From Octopus sinensis (lineage: Eukaryota): a stretch of 64,000 bases of DNA. Position 1 is the first letter of the stretch; each line of letters starts with the position of its first letter. Both the position numbers and the translations under genes were made by a program. Of the stretch, positions 63,166 through 64,000 are shown one piece after another. Below the pieces are notes generated by a model that had not been told where the DNA came from, searched no databases, and was given only the letters and a program-made list of their open reading frames with translations. The DNA lies in contig NC_043006.1 in NCBI RefSeq assembly GCF_006345805.1, forward strand, positions 98,704,001-98,768,000, in the 5' to 3' direction.

Positions 63166-63963
63166 CTCTCTTGCTACGTCCCCTTCTATATCCATTCAAG
63201 ATTTCTTCTAGGCGTTACCAGTGTTTCGCTGAAAGGCTGTATTTATTCCGCCGTCGTCTATCGTTTCAAATTAAATGTTTACTTCCGTACGTCCACCCAG
63301 TAGGATTTTGTTTGCTCGAGTCGTTATTCTTCGCAAATTTTGCGGGTGTCGCCAATATACGATGTTCTCTGTTTTGCCATTAAATGCATGAAACTGAGTA
63401 TTAGTATTTTGGTCGATACTGATGGAGAATTAGGGTTCTTCTGTGCCTATCCTACTCGTACGTTTTGTAGTATTTGATGCACTGAGTAACTGAACGCCAT
63501 TCATCCCCACTTTTTTAACAGTAACTTTATATATATATATATTTGTGTGTGTGTGTGTGTGTGTGTATTTTTTAATTATTATTTGAGGGAATAAAATCCA
63601 AACTTACAAGGAAAAAAGAATTCAATTTAGAAATACTAAATCAAATTCCACACAATATAATATATATAAAATATATTAAAGTATATTTATTAATTAATTG
63701 TTCTATTATATTTTTAACCTGATGAGCGACTATATTTATATTCAAGTGATTTCTTTACTACTATAATCATTTCTTAAATATAGCAGCGAAACACGTGTCG
63801 TTTTTCTACCTATTATATATATTATATTATTTTTGTAATTTACATAATCTTTACTTTTTAATTGTTATTTTAATTTTAACTTTTCTATTATATGTAATTT
63901 TCTAGATTGTGCAATTTAACTATTCCTTTTGAATTGATAAAAGGTGTTTTTTCTCTAATATTT

Positions 63964-64000
<37 letters not shown>

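Overview
This is an AT-rich, repeat-dense eukaryotic non-coding window (intron or intergenic DNA) with no confidently identifiable host gene. Nearly all long ORFs in the track are read-through of microsatellites or SINEs. The SINE families and repeat landscape look like an octopus (coleoid cephalopod) genome; that is inference from recall, not a database result. Supported content: (1) about 20 copies or fragments of two tRNA-headed SINE families, including a 4 x 184-bp tandem array; (2) a degraded Penelope-like reverse transcriptase and Penelope-type terminal repeats carrying minimal hammerhead-ribozyme motifs; (3) a 5'-truncated R4/Dong-clade LINE abutting (TAA)n and split by a 384-bp non-autonomous Helitron, plus a second Helitron sharing only its 3' end; (4) RTE-clade 3' ends, one with three intact C2H2 zinc fingers and one with an 11-bp target-site duplication (TSD); (5) a CR1/L2-group LINE 3' end whose UTR matches the SINE tail, with a compensatory base-pair change in a hairpin; (6) decayed mariner transposons; (7) an unclassified ~530-bp element embedded in (TAA)n; (8) two long near-perfect palindromes and a pri-miRNA-sized hairpin. 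One GC3-rich 129-nt segment on the minus strand may be a coding exon. All coordinates were counted by eye; element boundaries may be off by a few bases.
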